Of a stretch of 41,998 nt of DNA, positions 9,146 through 19,114 are shown piece after piece. This stretch comes from Armatimonadota bacterium. Lineage in GTDB: Bacteria; Armatimonadota; Zipacnadia; Zipacnadales; UBA5352. The notes beneath the pieces are model-generated. The model was not told the DNA's origin, made no database searches, and saw only the letters and a list, made by a program, of their open reading frames with translations. The stretch is from contig JBKHFA010000003.1 of assembly GCA_046540615.1 (NCBI GenBank), positions 1 through 41,998 of the forward strand. The letters run 5' to 3'. The position numbers were made by a program, and so were the translations under genes. Position 1 is the first letter of the stretch. Each line of letters starts with the position of its first letter.

Positions 9146-11323
9146 ATGACTGCGAAGCCGCTCCGCCACCGTGCAACTGCTCTCCTCATCGGCGCGCTGG
9201 TCGTGACCTGCGCGGCGTTCTGGGCGGATTGCCTGGTGGGGCCGATGACCCCGCTGGCGGCCGGCTTTCAGGCGGAGATGGAGCCGTGGGCGAGTGAGGC
9301 GGAGCTTCCGGGGAGCGATCGGCAGTGGTCGCCGCTGCTGTGGGACGGAGTGGCGCAGTTTTACCCGTGGAGGTTGCTGGCCGCGCGGGCGATGCGTGAC
9401 GGAGAGTTGGCGCTGTGGAATCCCCATCAGATGTGCGGCTACCCCTTCGTCGGCAACGGCCAGTCGGCCCTCTTCTACCCGCCGAACTGGCTCCTCGCGC
9501 TGGTAGACGTGACGTGGGGGATGGGGTTGCTGGCGTGGCTGCATTACGCTCTTGCGGCCGTCCTCACCGCGCTGCTGTGTCGAGCGCTGGGCCTCGGTCA
9601 TCTTCCCTCCGCATTTGCCGGGATCGCGTTCGCCTTCGGCGGCTTCATGGTCACCTGGACGGAGCTTCCCACGCTGATGAATTCGGCGGCCTGGCTGCCT
9701 GGTGCGCTCCTCGGGATTGCGCTGATCTTCAGGCGCCATCGGTGGGGGATCGCAGTCCTCGGTGCGTCTCTCGCGATGACTCTCCTTGCAGGGCACTTTC
9801 AGATCGCCGCGTATGTGTGGATGACTGCAGCGACGTACGCGTTCGCGAGGGTCGCGTGGGAAGCGTTTCGGCAGAAAGAGACGCACATCTTCGCGCTTTC
9901 GGCGGCCGTGGGAATCGGCGCACTGCTGGCGGCCCCGCAGGTGTTGCCGGCGCTGGAGCTTGCGGGCAACTCCACGCGCGGGGCAGGTGGGCCGACGGAA
10001 GCGGGCTGGCAGTTTCACAGGCAACGGGCGCTGCAACCGGCGGAGCTTCTCCTGCTTGCAGACCCCGATGCTTTCGGCAGCCCCGTTGACGGCGACCACG
10101 AACTGACACGTTTCGGCATTCCTTACTCCGAGCACGCCGGGTTCGTGGGCCTGAGCACACTGGTGCTGGCGCTGGCAGGGCTGGCCTTTCGTCGCACGCG
10201 TCATTATGCGTTCTTCGGCATTATTGCGCTGCTGGCGCTGAGCATCGCGATGGGCGGACCGCCGGCGCGCTGGATGTACTTCGAGGTGCCGAAACTCGGG
10301 CAGGCGGGCGGCTTCACGCGGGTACTCAGCGTCTTCACGTTCGCGGCGGCGATGGCGGGCGCGTTTGGACTCGACGCAGTGTGGCGCTGGATGGCTTCAT
10401 CTCGGCAAAACGGGTCGAGCAGGTGGTTCAGGGAAGATTTGTTTGCGGTGGGGATGGTCCTGGTGCTGGCTGGGGAACTGCTGCCGTGGGCGCATGATTT
10501 CCTGCCGCGGACGCGCCGCGAGCATGTCTACCCGGCGACACCGACCATCGAGCGGCTGATGGAGTCGGAGGGCCGGGTGCTGGCGGTGACGCCGCGGGAG
10601 CGCTGGGGGATGGCCGCGACGCCGGAGGCGGTGCTGCCCCCCAACTCTGCGACGGTGTACGGGTATGACAGCGTCGCGGTGTATGATTCGCTTTTCCCGC
10701 GTAACTATCGGGAGTTCCTCACGGCGGCTGAGGGGGCGGAACCTGCTCCCGCGGTGAACGGGAACATGCTCCTGCCGACGAGGGCCACCGGCGCTCGGCA
10801 GATGCTGATGGGGCTGAGCGATGTGCTGGCTCGCGAGCGGCCGGACGAAACGGACGAGCAGATGGTGGAGTGGGCATCCGCCGACGGGGCAGTGGCGAGC
10901 TACCACGTAAGTCCGGCGGCGCCGCGGGCCTTTACGCTGCCGACCCTCGAGTGGACTTCGATGTTCCTCGGCCAGCCGAAAGAGGCGCCGATGGAGGCGT
11001 TGCGGTCCTGCGACTGGCGATGGCTGGGGAACGGCCAGATGATCATCGAGCTTCCGCCCGATGACAGCAACAGATCGCTTGTCGTGACGGAAACCTTCTA
11101 CCCCGGCTGGAGCGCTTATGTGGATGGACGGCCGCGGCGGGTGCATGCGGTCGCAGGCGGCGCGTTCTGTGGGCTTCGGACGCACGATGGTGATCGGGAA
11201 GTACGCCTGGTCTTCGAGCCTGCGAGTCTGCGCGTCGGGTGTTTCCTGGCACTGGGTGCGATCGGCTTGCTGTCGGCAGCGATCGGGGCGGGATGGCGCA
11301 GCGGGAGAGTTGACCGAGATTGA
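9146..11323 (+). CDS. YfhO-family multi-TM protein (GT-C-fold glycosyltransferase), paralog 1
   Basis: QFYPWR...GELALWNPHQMCGYPFVGNGQSALFYP, LAGHFQ, C-terminal VVTETFYPGWSAYVDG...F.P.SLRVG. Confidence 0.8.
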   Translation: MTAKPLRHRATALLIGALVVTCAAFWADCLVGPMTPLAAGFQAEMEPWASEAELPGSDRQWSPLLWDGVAQFYPWRLLAARAMRDGELALWNPHQMCGYPFVGNGQSALFYPPNWLLALVDVTWGMGLLAWLHYALAAVLTALLCRALGLGHLPSAFAGIAFAFGGFMVTWTELPTLMNSAAWLPGALLGIALIFRRHRWGIAVLGASLAMTLLAGHFQIAAYVWMTAATYAFARVAWEAFRQKETHIFALSAAVGIGALLAAPQVLPALELAGNSTRGAGGPTEAGWQFHRQRALQPAELLLLADPDAFGSPVDGDHELTRFGIPYSEHAGFVGLSTLVLALAGLAFRRTRHYAFFGIIALLALSIAMGGPPARWMYFEVPKLGQAGGFTRVLSVFTFAAAMAGAFGLDAVWRWMASSRQNGSSRWFREDLFAVGMVLVLAGELLPWAHDFLPRTRREHVYPATPTIERLMESEGRVLAVTPRERWGMAATPEAVLPPNSATVYGYDSVAVYDSLFPRNYREFLTAAEGAEPAPAVNGNMLLPTRATGARQMLMGLSDVLARERPDETDEQMVEWASADGAVASYHVSPAAPRAFTLPTLEWTSMFLGQPKEAPMEALRSCDWRWLGNGQMIIELPPDDSNRSLVVTETFYPGWSAYVDGRPRRVHAVAGGAFCGLRTHDGDREVRLVFEPASLRVGCFLALGAIGLLSAAIGAGWRSGRVDRD

Positions 11324-12687
11324 GGACATTGCTGGTCTTTCCGCGCTTCAAATACCCCTCGGGCGATCCGCCGCTGGGGGTCGCGTATCTCGCGGCGGTT
11401 CTTCGGGAGCGCGGGCTTGAGGTTGACATCTTCGACGCGACCTTTGAGCAGCATCCGCTGCGCGCGTTGCGGGAGCAGCTTTCGCGGGAGCATTACGACC
11501 TCGTGGGGATCAGCGTACTTACCTCGATGATCGAGGACGCCGCGGCGATCGGTGAGATGGTGCGCGAGGTCAGCCCGGACACGATGCTGGTCGCGGGCGG
11601 TCCGCATCCGACGGTCGCGCCGGAGTACACGCTCGACCTCGGTGTTTTTGACGCGGTGATGGTGGGCGAGGCCGAGGAGACGTTGCCGGCGCTGATTGAA
11701 TCGGGCCTGCGACTTGAGGACCAGCCTGGTGTGTGGTACCGGGTGGGCAATGAGATCGTGCAGAACGAGCGCCCGAACGTCATCACGGACCTCGATGCGC
11801 TGCCCTTCCCGGCGTGGGACATGCTGGACATGGATCAGTACCTGACGCTGTGGTATCAGCTTGACGCGGTGCGCTACGGCGTGCGGGGCACGTCGATCAT
11901 GGCCTCGCGAGGGTGCCCTTACCGCTGCTCGTACTGCCAGCCGACGCTGGGGACCATCTTCGGCCGGCAGGTGCGGCGGCGATCACCGGAGTCGCTGATG
12001 GCCGAGGCGGCGGAGGTTAAGGAGCGTTTCGGGATCGAGGGGCTGATGTGGCTTGATGACACGTTTCTGCTGGATCGAGGCTGGATGCGCCGGCTCTGCG
12101 AGCAGTTCGTCGGGTCGGGGCTTGACCTGATGTGGGGTTGCAACATCCGCGCCGATGTCTGCGATCGTGAGAGCCTTGAGCTTATGCAGGCGGCGGGGCT
12201 TGAGATGGTGCATGTAGGGATCGAGTCGGCGTCTCAGCGGATCCTCGACGATGTCTATCAGAAGGGCATCACCATCGAGCAGGTGCGCGAGACGACGGCG
12301 ATGGCGGCGGACCTCGGTCTCAAGGTGCGGGGGTATTTCATGCTCGGCGCGCCGACCGAGACGGAGGAGGAGGTGCGGGCGAGCATCGATCTGGCGAACG
12401 AGCTGCCGCTCGATGACGTGACGTTCAGTATTACGACTCCGCTGCCTCACACGTATCTTTACGACATGACGCGGGATCAGATAGCGGCGGATTTCTCGCA
12501 GTTTGATTATTACAAATCGGCGGTCTACGACAGCGAAGAGGTGCTGTCGGAGAAGACGCTTAATCGGCTGCGGAGGCTCGGGTATCTCAAGTTCTACCTG
12601 GGGCGGAAGCGGCTGTGGCGGACGGTCAAATCGGTGCTGGGCATTTCGGGGATGAAGAAGATGTGGCTGAAGGTGCAGAGGTTCTGA
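11320..12687 (+). CDS. Cobalamin-binding radical SAM protein (class B type)
   Basis: N-terminal PPLGVAYLAA and GGPHPT of the B12 domain; SRGCPYRCSYC (CxxxCxxC); DDTF, GIESAS, GYFMLGAPTE; TTG start overlaps the upstream stop. Confidence 0.92.
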   Translation: MRTLLVFPRFKYPSGDPPLGVAYLAAVLRERGLEVDIFDATFEQHPLRALREQLSREHYDLVGISVLTSMIEDAAAIGEMVREVSPDTMLVAGGPHPTVAPEYTLDLGVFDAVMVGEAEETLPALIESGLRLEDQPGVWYRVGNEIVQNERPNVITDLDALPFPAWDMLDMDQYLTLWYQLDAVRYGVRGTSIMASRGCPYRCSYCQPTLGTIFGRQVRRRSPESLMAEAAEVKERFGIEGLMWLDDTFLLDRGWMRRLCEQFVGSGLDLMWGCNIRADVCDRESLELMQAAGLEMVHVGIESASQRILDDVYQKGITIEQVRETTAMAADLGLKVRGYFMLGAPTETEEEVRASIDLANELPLDDVTFSITTPLPHTYLYDMTRDQIAADFSQFDYYKSAVYDSEEVLSEKTLNRLRRLGYLKFYLGRKRLWRTVKSVLGISGMKKMWLKVQRF

Positions 12688-12689
12688 CG

Positions 12690-14603
12690 ATGACCGCGGA
12701 CGAGGAACGGGCGCGTGAACCGATGGTGACCTGGCGGGAAATGGCGCGGGTGCTTGCGTGGGCAGTGCTGGTGATGGCGCTGACGGCGCTGCCTTACGTC
12801 TGGGCGGTCGCGCAGGCGGAGCCGGGGCAGCAGTTCCAGGGTTTCATCTGGGGTGTCGATGACGGGAACGTCTATCTTTCGTGGATTCGCCAGGCGTCCG
12901 AGGGGCGCGTGCTGCTGCGGAATCAGTACACGACCTTCCCGCAGAATCCGCACTTCTTCAACGTGTTTCTGCTGACACTCGGGAAGGTGACGGCATGGAC
13001 GGGGCTGCACCCGGGCGTGATCTTCCACGCGGCGCGTCTTGCAGGCGGGATCGTGTTGCTGGTGACGATCTATCTGCTGGCGGCCTTCGTGTCGCGTTCG
13101 AGGGCGGTGCGCTGGGGTGCGCTGACGCTGGCGTCGCTGGGGTCGGGCTTCGGCTGGCTGGCCGCGATGTGGGCGAGCACGATCCCCGATCAGCTTCCGG
13201 TCCCGCTGCGCCCACCCGACTTCGCGCCGCTGCCGCCGCAGACGTGGCAGGTGCAGCCTGAGGCAGTCACATTTCTGTCGTTGCTGCTGAACCCGCTTTT
13301 CGTGTGGTCGATGGCCCTGATGTGCCTGGTGGTGATCTGCGCGGGGGTGACGCTGGAGCGCCGGAGCGTGGGCTGGGCGGCGGTGACGGGCGCGCTGCTG
13401 CTTGTGATCGGCAATGTCCACGGCTACGACATCTTCGTGCTCCACGGAACGATCGTGCTCTTCGGACTGATAAGCGTGGCGCGCGGGCAGATTCGTCTCT
13501 CCCGCGCTGCAGGTCTCTACGCGCTGATGTTCGTGATCGCTGCGCCATCGCCGATCTGGGCGTGGTGGGCGGCGAATCAGGATCCGGCGTACATGGCGAA
13601 GGTTGAGACGCCGACGCTGTCGGTGCCGGCGCTTGACATGGCGACGGGCTACGGGTTGATCTTTCTGCTGGCGATCCCGGGGGCGTGGTACGCGATCCGG
13701 CGGTGGCGGGCGGATCCGCGGCTGATGCTGCCGGTCTGCTGGGTGGCGACGAGCGCCGCGATGCTTTACGCGGTGAAGCCGGTGGCCACGCCGGAGTTTC
13801 ACTGGGAGCCGCTTTTCAGCTTTCAGCGTAAGATGGCGGAGGGGCTGCACATCCCGCTGTGCGTGCTGGCGGCGGTCGGGTTGGCGCTGGTGATCGCCCC
13901 TCGGATATGCTCATCGGAGGGAGAGGCGGATGCCGAGGAGGCCGCGGCGCAGGGGGCAGGTCGGCCGCGTGGCGTCGGCGTGGGATTGCTGATCGCGCTG
14001 GCGGTGGTGCTGAGCATGCCCTCGAACGCGCTTTTCGTGAGCGACTGCCTGCATAATGTGCGGACGAACAACGCGGACCTTCTGCCTTACCTGCAGCCGC
14101 CGATGTTCCTCAGCTTCGAGGAGGTGCGGGGGATAAAGGCGCTGGGTGAGGAGGCGGGGGAGGATGAGGTGGTGATGTCCTCAACGCTGAGCGGCAGTCA
14201 CATCCCGCCGAGGGCGCGCTGCCTGGTCTTTGCGGGACACTGGGCGGAGACGCTGGAGTTTGGGCGCGGGGTGGACTATGTGGGGCAGTTCCTGCTGCCG
14301 GGGCGCAGCCCGGATGTGCTTCACGGGGCGCTGGAGTCAATTGACGCGGATTATGTGTACTACGGTCCACGCGAGGCGCTGCTGGCGCGGCAGATGATGC
14401 TCGCGTCCGACAATGAGCCGCCTGATGACCCTGCTGCGCAGTTCCGGGAGGCAACCGAAGGCTTCCTCGTTCCGATCTTCGAGGAGGGCGAGGTCACCGT
14501 GTATGAGTTTCGGCCGGAGTTCCGGCCGGAGGTCGAGCCGACGCCGCCGGATGATCTGGACCCTGGTCCCTCGCTTCCCTCGGCTCCGAGGCCCGTGTCA
14601 TGA
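12690..14603 (+). CDS. Multi-TM membrane protein, probable GT-C-fold glycosyltransferase
   Basis: Many hydrophobic segments; acidic DD in the first loop (GVDDGNVYLSWIRQ); soluble C-terminal domain (FAGHWAET); lies between GT-C genes. Confidence 0.6.
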   Translation: MTADEERAREPMVTWREMARVLAWAVLVMALTALPYVWAVAQAEPGQQFQGFIWGVDDGNVYLSWIRQASEGRVLLRNQYTTFPQNPHFFNVFLLTLGKVTAWTGLHPGVIFHAARLAGGIVLLVTIYLLAAFVSRSRAVRWGALTLASLGSGFGWLAAMWASTIPDQLPVPLRPPDFAPLPPQTWQVQPEAVTFLSLLLNPLFVWSMALMCLVVICAGVTLERRSVGWAAVTGALLLVIGNVHGYDIFVLHGTIVLFGLISVARGQIRLSRAAGLYALMFVIAAPSPIWAWWAANQDPAYMAKVETPTLSVPALDMATGYGLIFLLAIPGAWYAIRRWRADPRLMLPVCWVATSAAMLYAVKPVATPEFHWEPLFSFQRKMAEGLHIPLCVLAAVGLALVIAPRICSSEGEADAEEAAAQGAGRPRGVGVGLLIALAVVLSMPSNALFVSDCLHNVRTNNADLLPYLQPPMFLSFEEVRGIKALGEEAGEDEVVMSSTLSGSHIPPRARCLVFAGHWAETLEFGRGVDYVGQFLLPGRSPDVLHGALESIDADYVYYGPREALLARQMMLASDNEPPDDPAAQFREATEGFLVPIFEEGEVTVYEFRPEFRPEVEPTPPDDLDPGPSLPSAPRPVS

Positions 14604-16963
14604 GAGGTGAGGGGCGGCGGGCGGACCTGCTGGCGCTCGGGTTCATCGCGGCAGTGGCACTGGGCGTGACGTGGCAGGTGACGGTGGGATCGCGCGCGCT
14701 GTTGCCCACCGAGCTTTACCTGCGCATTCAGCCGTGGCGGGCGCATGCGGACGAGTTCCCGGACGCGGAGCCGGTGCAGAATCCGATCCTCGACGCGGTC
14801 CAGCAGTTCTATCCGTGGCGACTCCACGCATCCCGCGTTGTGCGCGAGGGCGAGGTGCCGCTGTGGAATACGCAGATGCTCAGCGGCACGCCCTTCGTTG
14901 GCAACGGGCAGTCGGCGGTGTTCTACCCCGAGACGTGGCTGCACTACGCGCTCGATCCTCTCAAGGCGCTCGGCTGGGCGACCTTTGCGTTCTATCTGAT
15001 CGCAGGCTGGGGGATGTACGCGCTGGTGCGGGTGCTCGGAGCGGGACCGCTCGGAGGGGCCATCGGTGGCATCACCTTCATGCTCAGCGGATTCTTCACC
15101 GGCTGGCTGACGTTCCCGTCGCTGCGGTCGGTGGCGGCGTGGCTGCCACTGGCGCTGGTGGGGGTGGAGCTTGCGGTGCGGCGCATGGCTCCGGCGTGGC
15201 TCGGGCTGACCGCGCTGGCGGTCGGGATGCAGTTTCTCGCGGGGCACCTGCAGATATCAATCTACGTGCTGCTGGCCATCGCGGGCTACGCGATCTTCCG
15301 TCTGGCGTGCTCGGCGAGGGAGTTCGGGGCGATTCGGACGGCGGGCTACGCGGGGCTGATCGCGGCAGCGGTGGCCGTGGGCGGGTTACTCGCGGGCTGC
15401 CAGCTTGGACCGTCGCTGGAGTTCGTGGGGCTGAACTACCGCGCGGGTGGGACGGCCTACGCCACGCAGGTGCAGCATGCCCTCGCGCCGCAGCAGGCGC
15501 TGCTTTTGCTGATGCCGGATGCGTTCGGCAACCCGGTCGATGGCAATCACTGGGGGACGAACTGGCCGGGTCGCGCTCATCGGAGTTACATTGAGACCGC
15601 GTGGTACATCGGCGTGGCGCCGCTGCTGCTGGCGATCGTGGCGGTCGCGTTGCGGCGGGGCCGGGAGCGCTGGTTCTTCGCCGGGATGTTCGTGGTGGCG
15701 GCGGGGCTGGCTTTCGGGACGCCGCTGAATGCGCTCTTTCGCGCGCTTCCCGGATACGACCAACTCACGGGCGTGGGCAGAGGGGTGGTGCTGGCATGCA
15801 CTGCCGGGGCGGTGCTCGCGGGCCTCGGGACGGATGCGCTGATGCGAGCGAATGACGCCCCGCGCGCGCGGACGGCGGTGTCCGCGGCGGCGGTGGTGCT
15901 GCTGGTGGCGGGGCTGATCGGCGGCCTCGCGACCTGGGTGTACACGGGGAGCCTCGAGGCAAGCGCGGAGGCGGCGGGGGTGCAACTTGACCTCGGGGGA
16001 TATACCCTCGCGCAGATTGTTCGCTTCGGTGGCTTCCTGATCGTAAGCTGGGCGCTGATCGTGTCGGGGATGGCGAGGCGCGGGCGATGGGCGTGGTACG
16101 CACTGGCGCTGGTGGTCGCGCTGGACCTTGGGTACTTCACGCACAAATTCATGCCCGCCGGGCGGACGGAGTATCTCGCGGTGAAGACGGAACTGGCGGA
16201 GCGGATCCGCGATTCTGCGCCGGACGGGCGGATGGCGACGGTCGGACGGGACTTCCTCGACCGCGTGGCGCCCAACACGCAGATGATTCTCGGCCTGCAG
16301 TCGATGGAGGGCTCGGAGTCGCTGATCTACGCACCTTACCACCGCTTGCTGGAGGCGTCGAAGTCGGAGCGCTTCGGATTCGAGCAGACTGATCCGGATG
16401 CGCCGCTGATGGACTTGATGGCCGCGCGCTGGCTGGCCGCGACAGTTCCGGTGGAGAGCGAGGGTTGGCGGCTGGAGGCGCTGGCGGAGACGCGTTTGTA
16501 TGAGAACACCGAGGCGGCGCCGCGGGCGTTCGTGCCGACGGCCGTGGAGCCGATGGCGAGCGAGGACGCGATCTTCGAGGCGATCGTCGGGGGCGGCGAT
16601 CCGATGGTGGCGCGGGTGAGCAGTGAGGTGCAGCGCTGGGAGGATGGGCGGGAGTCGGAGCTTGCGATCGCTGCGTATCAGGCGAACTCGGTGCGTGTGA
16701 CCGGGGAGATGGAGGCGAACTCGTGGGTGGTGCTGGCCGACGTGGCCTATCCGGGATGGCGGGCGTTCGCGGATGGCCGCGAGGCCGCGATCGTTCCGGC
16801 GGACCTCGTGCGTCGAGCGGTGCATCTTGAGCAGGACGCCGGTGAGCTTCGCTTCGTCTATCTGCCCGGCAGCTTTCGCCTCGGAATGTTCGCGACTGTG
16901 GTCGCGCTCGCGACACTGGCGGGGCTGGCGGGCGCGGCTCTTGCGGGGAGGGTCCGCCTGTGA
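14600..16963 (+). CDS. YfhO-family multi-TM protein (GT-C-fold glycosyltransferase), paralog 2
   Basis: QFYPWR...GEVPLWNTQMLSGTPFVGNGQSAVFYP, LAGHLQ, LADVAYPGWRAFADG, YLPGSFRLG; ATGA overlap. Confidence 0.8.
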   Translation: MRGEGRRADLLALGFIAAVALGVTWQVTVGSRALLPTELYLRIQPWRAHADEFPDAEPVQNPILDAVQQFYPWRLHASRVVREGEVPLWNTQMLSGTPFVGNGQSAVFYPETWLHYALDPLKALGWATFAFYLIAGWGMYALVRVLGAGPLGGAIGGITFMLSGFFTGWLTFPSLRSVAAWLPLALVGVELAVRRMAPAWLGLTALAVGMQFLAGHLQISIYVLLAIAGYAIFRLACSAREFGAIRTAGYAGLIAAAVAVGGLLAGCQLGPSLEFVGLNYRAGGTAYATQVQHALAPQQALLLLMPDAFGNPVDGNHWGTNWPGRAHRSYIETAWYIGVAPLLLAIVAVALRRGRERWFFAGMFVVAAGLAFGTPLNALFRALPGYDQLTGVGRGVVLACTAGAVLAGLGTDALMRANDAPRARTAVSAAAVVLLVAGLIGGLATWVYTGSLEASAEAAGVQLDLGGYTLAQIVRFGGFLIVSWALIVSGMARRGRWAWYALALVVALDLGYFTHKFMPAGRTEYLAVKTELAERIRDSAPDGRMATVGRDFLDRVAPNTQMILGLQSMEGSESLIYAPYHRLLEASKSERFGFEQTDPDAPLMDLMAARWLAATVPVESEGWRLEALAETRLYENTEAAPRAFVPTAVEPMASEDAIFEAIVGGGDPMVARVSSEVQRWEDGRESELAIAAYQANSVRVTGEMEANSWVVLADVAYPGWRAFADGREAAIVPADLVRRAVHLEQDAGELRFVYLPGSFRLGMFATVVALATLAGLAGAALAGRVRL

Positions 16964-18603
16964 GGCCGCGCGTGAAGAGGGGGTTTGAGGCCGCCGCGGT
17001 GTTCGTGGTGGTGGTCTTTGTGCTGGCGACGACCGCGCACAGCTACGGTCTCGGCTACGACGAGCCGGTGTATATGTCACGCGCGCAGGAGGCGGCGGAG
17101 TGGCTGGAGGTGCTGGGCGCCAACCCCGGGCAGGCAATCAATGACGCAGGAATACGCCGGTGGTGGGATGCGCGGAACGAGCAGCAGCCGGGTTTTCTGA
17201 AGCTCTGGGGGGCGGTGACGACCCCGCTGGTCTCAGGTGTGTTGCCGACGCTGGCGGCGTTTCGCTTCGGGACGCATCTGCTGGTGGGCGCTGCCTGCGC
17301 GGTGCTCTACCTGCTGACCTCATCGACGTGGGGGAAACTGGAGGGCGTGGCGGCGGTGGGCGCGCTGATCACGCTGCCGCGGACCTTCGCGCACGGACAC
17401 CTCTTCGCGCTCGATGCGCCGGTGATGGCGGCCACGTTCGTGTCGCTGGCTTTCTTCTACGAGGCCGCGCGACATCGTAGCTGGGGCTGGGCGGCGTCGG
17501 GCGCCGCGGTCTGGGGAGTGGCGCTCAGCATCAAGGTCAACGCGTTCTTCATCCCGCTGATCGTTGTGCCGTGGATGGCGGTGTATGCCCGGGATGCGTT
17601 ACTTCCGGCGGTGGCGTGCGGGCTCACCATCGGTCCGCTGAGCTTCGTGGCGACGTGGCCGTGGCTGTGGCATGACACGATCGCACGGCTTGGCTCGTAC
17701 ATGGCCTTTCACTTCCGGCACTGGCAGATACATGTGACGTACTTCGGTGAGCGTTACGCGCCCGCGCCGTGGCACTATCCGATCGTGATGACGGCGATCA
17801 CAACGCCGGTGTTGACGCTGGTGGCCGCGTTTGCAGGTGCGGCGAGGACGATCAGAGAATCTGTGGCGCGGGAGCTGCCGGGCTGGCGGCAGCGCTGGGA
17901 AGACGCGGGATATCAGAGGCGGGCGCTGGGAGCGCTGCTCGGGTGGGCACTGCTGGTGAACTTCGTCATGAACTCGCTGCCGTCCACGCCGAAGTACAAC
18001 GGCGTGCGGCTCTTTCAGCCGGTCTTCCCGCTGCTTGCGCTTTTCGCCGGAATCGGCATCGCCTGGGTCGCACGGTGGCTGCGGGCAAGGCTCGCGGAGC
18101 GGGCGGATGAGGTGGGGGAGCGGCTTCCGCAGATCGCGGCGCTGGTGGTTGTCGTTGTTGCGCTGGCGCTGCCACTGCGGTCGGTGCTCGCCTACCACCC
18201 GCATCAGCTCAGTTATTACAACGCGCTGATCGGCGGGCTGCCGGGCGCGGTCGAGGCGGGGATGGAGCCGACGTACTGGGGGGAGACGTATCTCGACGCC
18301 GCGCTGTGGCTTAACGAGCACGCGCAGGCAGGCGAGGTGGCGTGGATAGAGCCGGCGGGGATTGAGGCGACGATGCGGATCTATCAGTCGCTCGGGATCC
18401 TGCGCTCGGATATCCGAACAACTGCCGGCGAGGACACATTCGCGGAGGCGGACTACGCAATCTTTCAAAACAAGAGCACTGAGTTCTCCGAGCGCGCTCG
18501 GGAACTGCTGGCAACGCGGCGGCCGTGCGGACGGGTGGAGGAGCACGGGGTGCCGCTGCTTTACGTGTTCTGTCTGACAGATGGAGGGACGCTTGATGAG
18601 TGA
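16960..18603 (+). CDS. ArnT/PMT-like (GT83/GT39) membrane glycosyltransferase
   Basis: GYDEPVY acidic pair in the first loop, LSIKVN, WPWLW, PWHYP, YYNALIGG, TYWG; many TMs; GTGA overlap. Confidence 0.8.
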   Translation: MRPRVKRGFEAAAVFVVVVFVLATTAHSYGLGYDEPVYMSRAQEAAEWLEVLGANPGQAINDAGIRRWWDARNEQQPGFLKLWGAVTTPLVSGVLPTLAAFRFGTHLLVGAACAVLYLLTSSTWGKLEGVAAVGALITLPRTFAHGHLFALDAPVMAATFVSLAFFYEAARHRSWGWAASGAAVWGVALSIKVNAFFIPLIVVPWMAVYARDALLPAVACGLTIGPLSFVATWPWLWHDTIARLGSYMAFHFRHWQIHVTYFGERYAPAPWHYPIVMTAITTPVLTLVAAFAGAARTIRESVARELPGWRQRWEDAGYQRRALGALLGWALLVNFVMNSLPSTPKYNGVRLFQPVFPLLALFAGIGIAWVARWLRARLAERADEVGERLPQIAALVVVVVALALPLRSVLAYHPHQLSYYNALIGGLPGAVEAGMEPTYWGETYLDAALWLNEHAQAGEVAWIEPAGIEATMRIYQSLGILRSDIRTTAGEDTFAEADYAIFQNKSTEFSERARELLATRRPCGRVEEHGVPLLYVFCLTDGGTLDE

Positions 18604-19114
18604 TGCTGACGGGGCCCGGGTCCCGCTGCCGGATCCGGTGCGCATATTAATGCTCGACTGCGACGGCGTACTGACCGACGGAGGGATGTACTTCGACTCT
18701 TCGGGCCAGGCGATGAAGCGCTTTGACGTGAAGGACGGCCTCGGCCTCGTCCGCCTGGCGGAGATGGGCTTTCCGACCGCGGTGGTCAGCGGCGATCAGT
18801 CGGCGATCAGCGCGGCGCGCTGCGATGTCCTTCGGATTGAGTACGTGGTGCTGGGACGGATGGACAAGGAGACCGCGGTGAGGGAGTTGCTTGAGGAGAC
18901 AGGGCTGCCGGCGGAGGGCGTGGTTTACGTCGGGGATGATATCAGCGACCTGCCGGCGATGCACATGGTCGGGCTTGGCGTGGCGCCGGCCGACGCGGTG
19001 GAGGTCGTGCGGGAGCAGGCGGACTGGGTCACGCGGCGGCCTGGTGGACACGGGGCGGTCCGGGAGATCTGCGACGCGATCATCGAGCAACTGGCCGGAG
19101 AAGGGGAGCGATGA
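18596..19114 (+). CDS. kdsC: KdsC-family HAD phosphatase (KDO8P/KDN9P phosphatase-like)
   Basis: LDCDGVLTDG, FDVKDG.G, YVGDDISD, GGHGAVRE. Confidence 0.85.
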   Translation: MSDADGARVPLPDPVRILMLDCDGVLTDGGMYFDSSGQAMKRFDVKDGLGLVRLAEMGFPTAVVSGDQSAISAARCDVLRIEYVVLGRMDKETAVRELLEETGLPAEGVVYVGDDISDLPAMHMVGLGVAPADAVEVVREQADWVTRRPGGHGAVREICDAIIEQLAGEGER

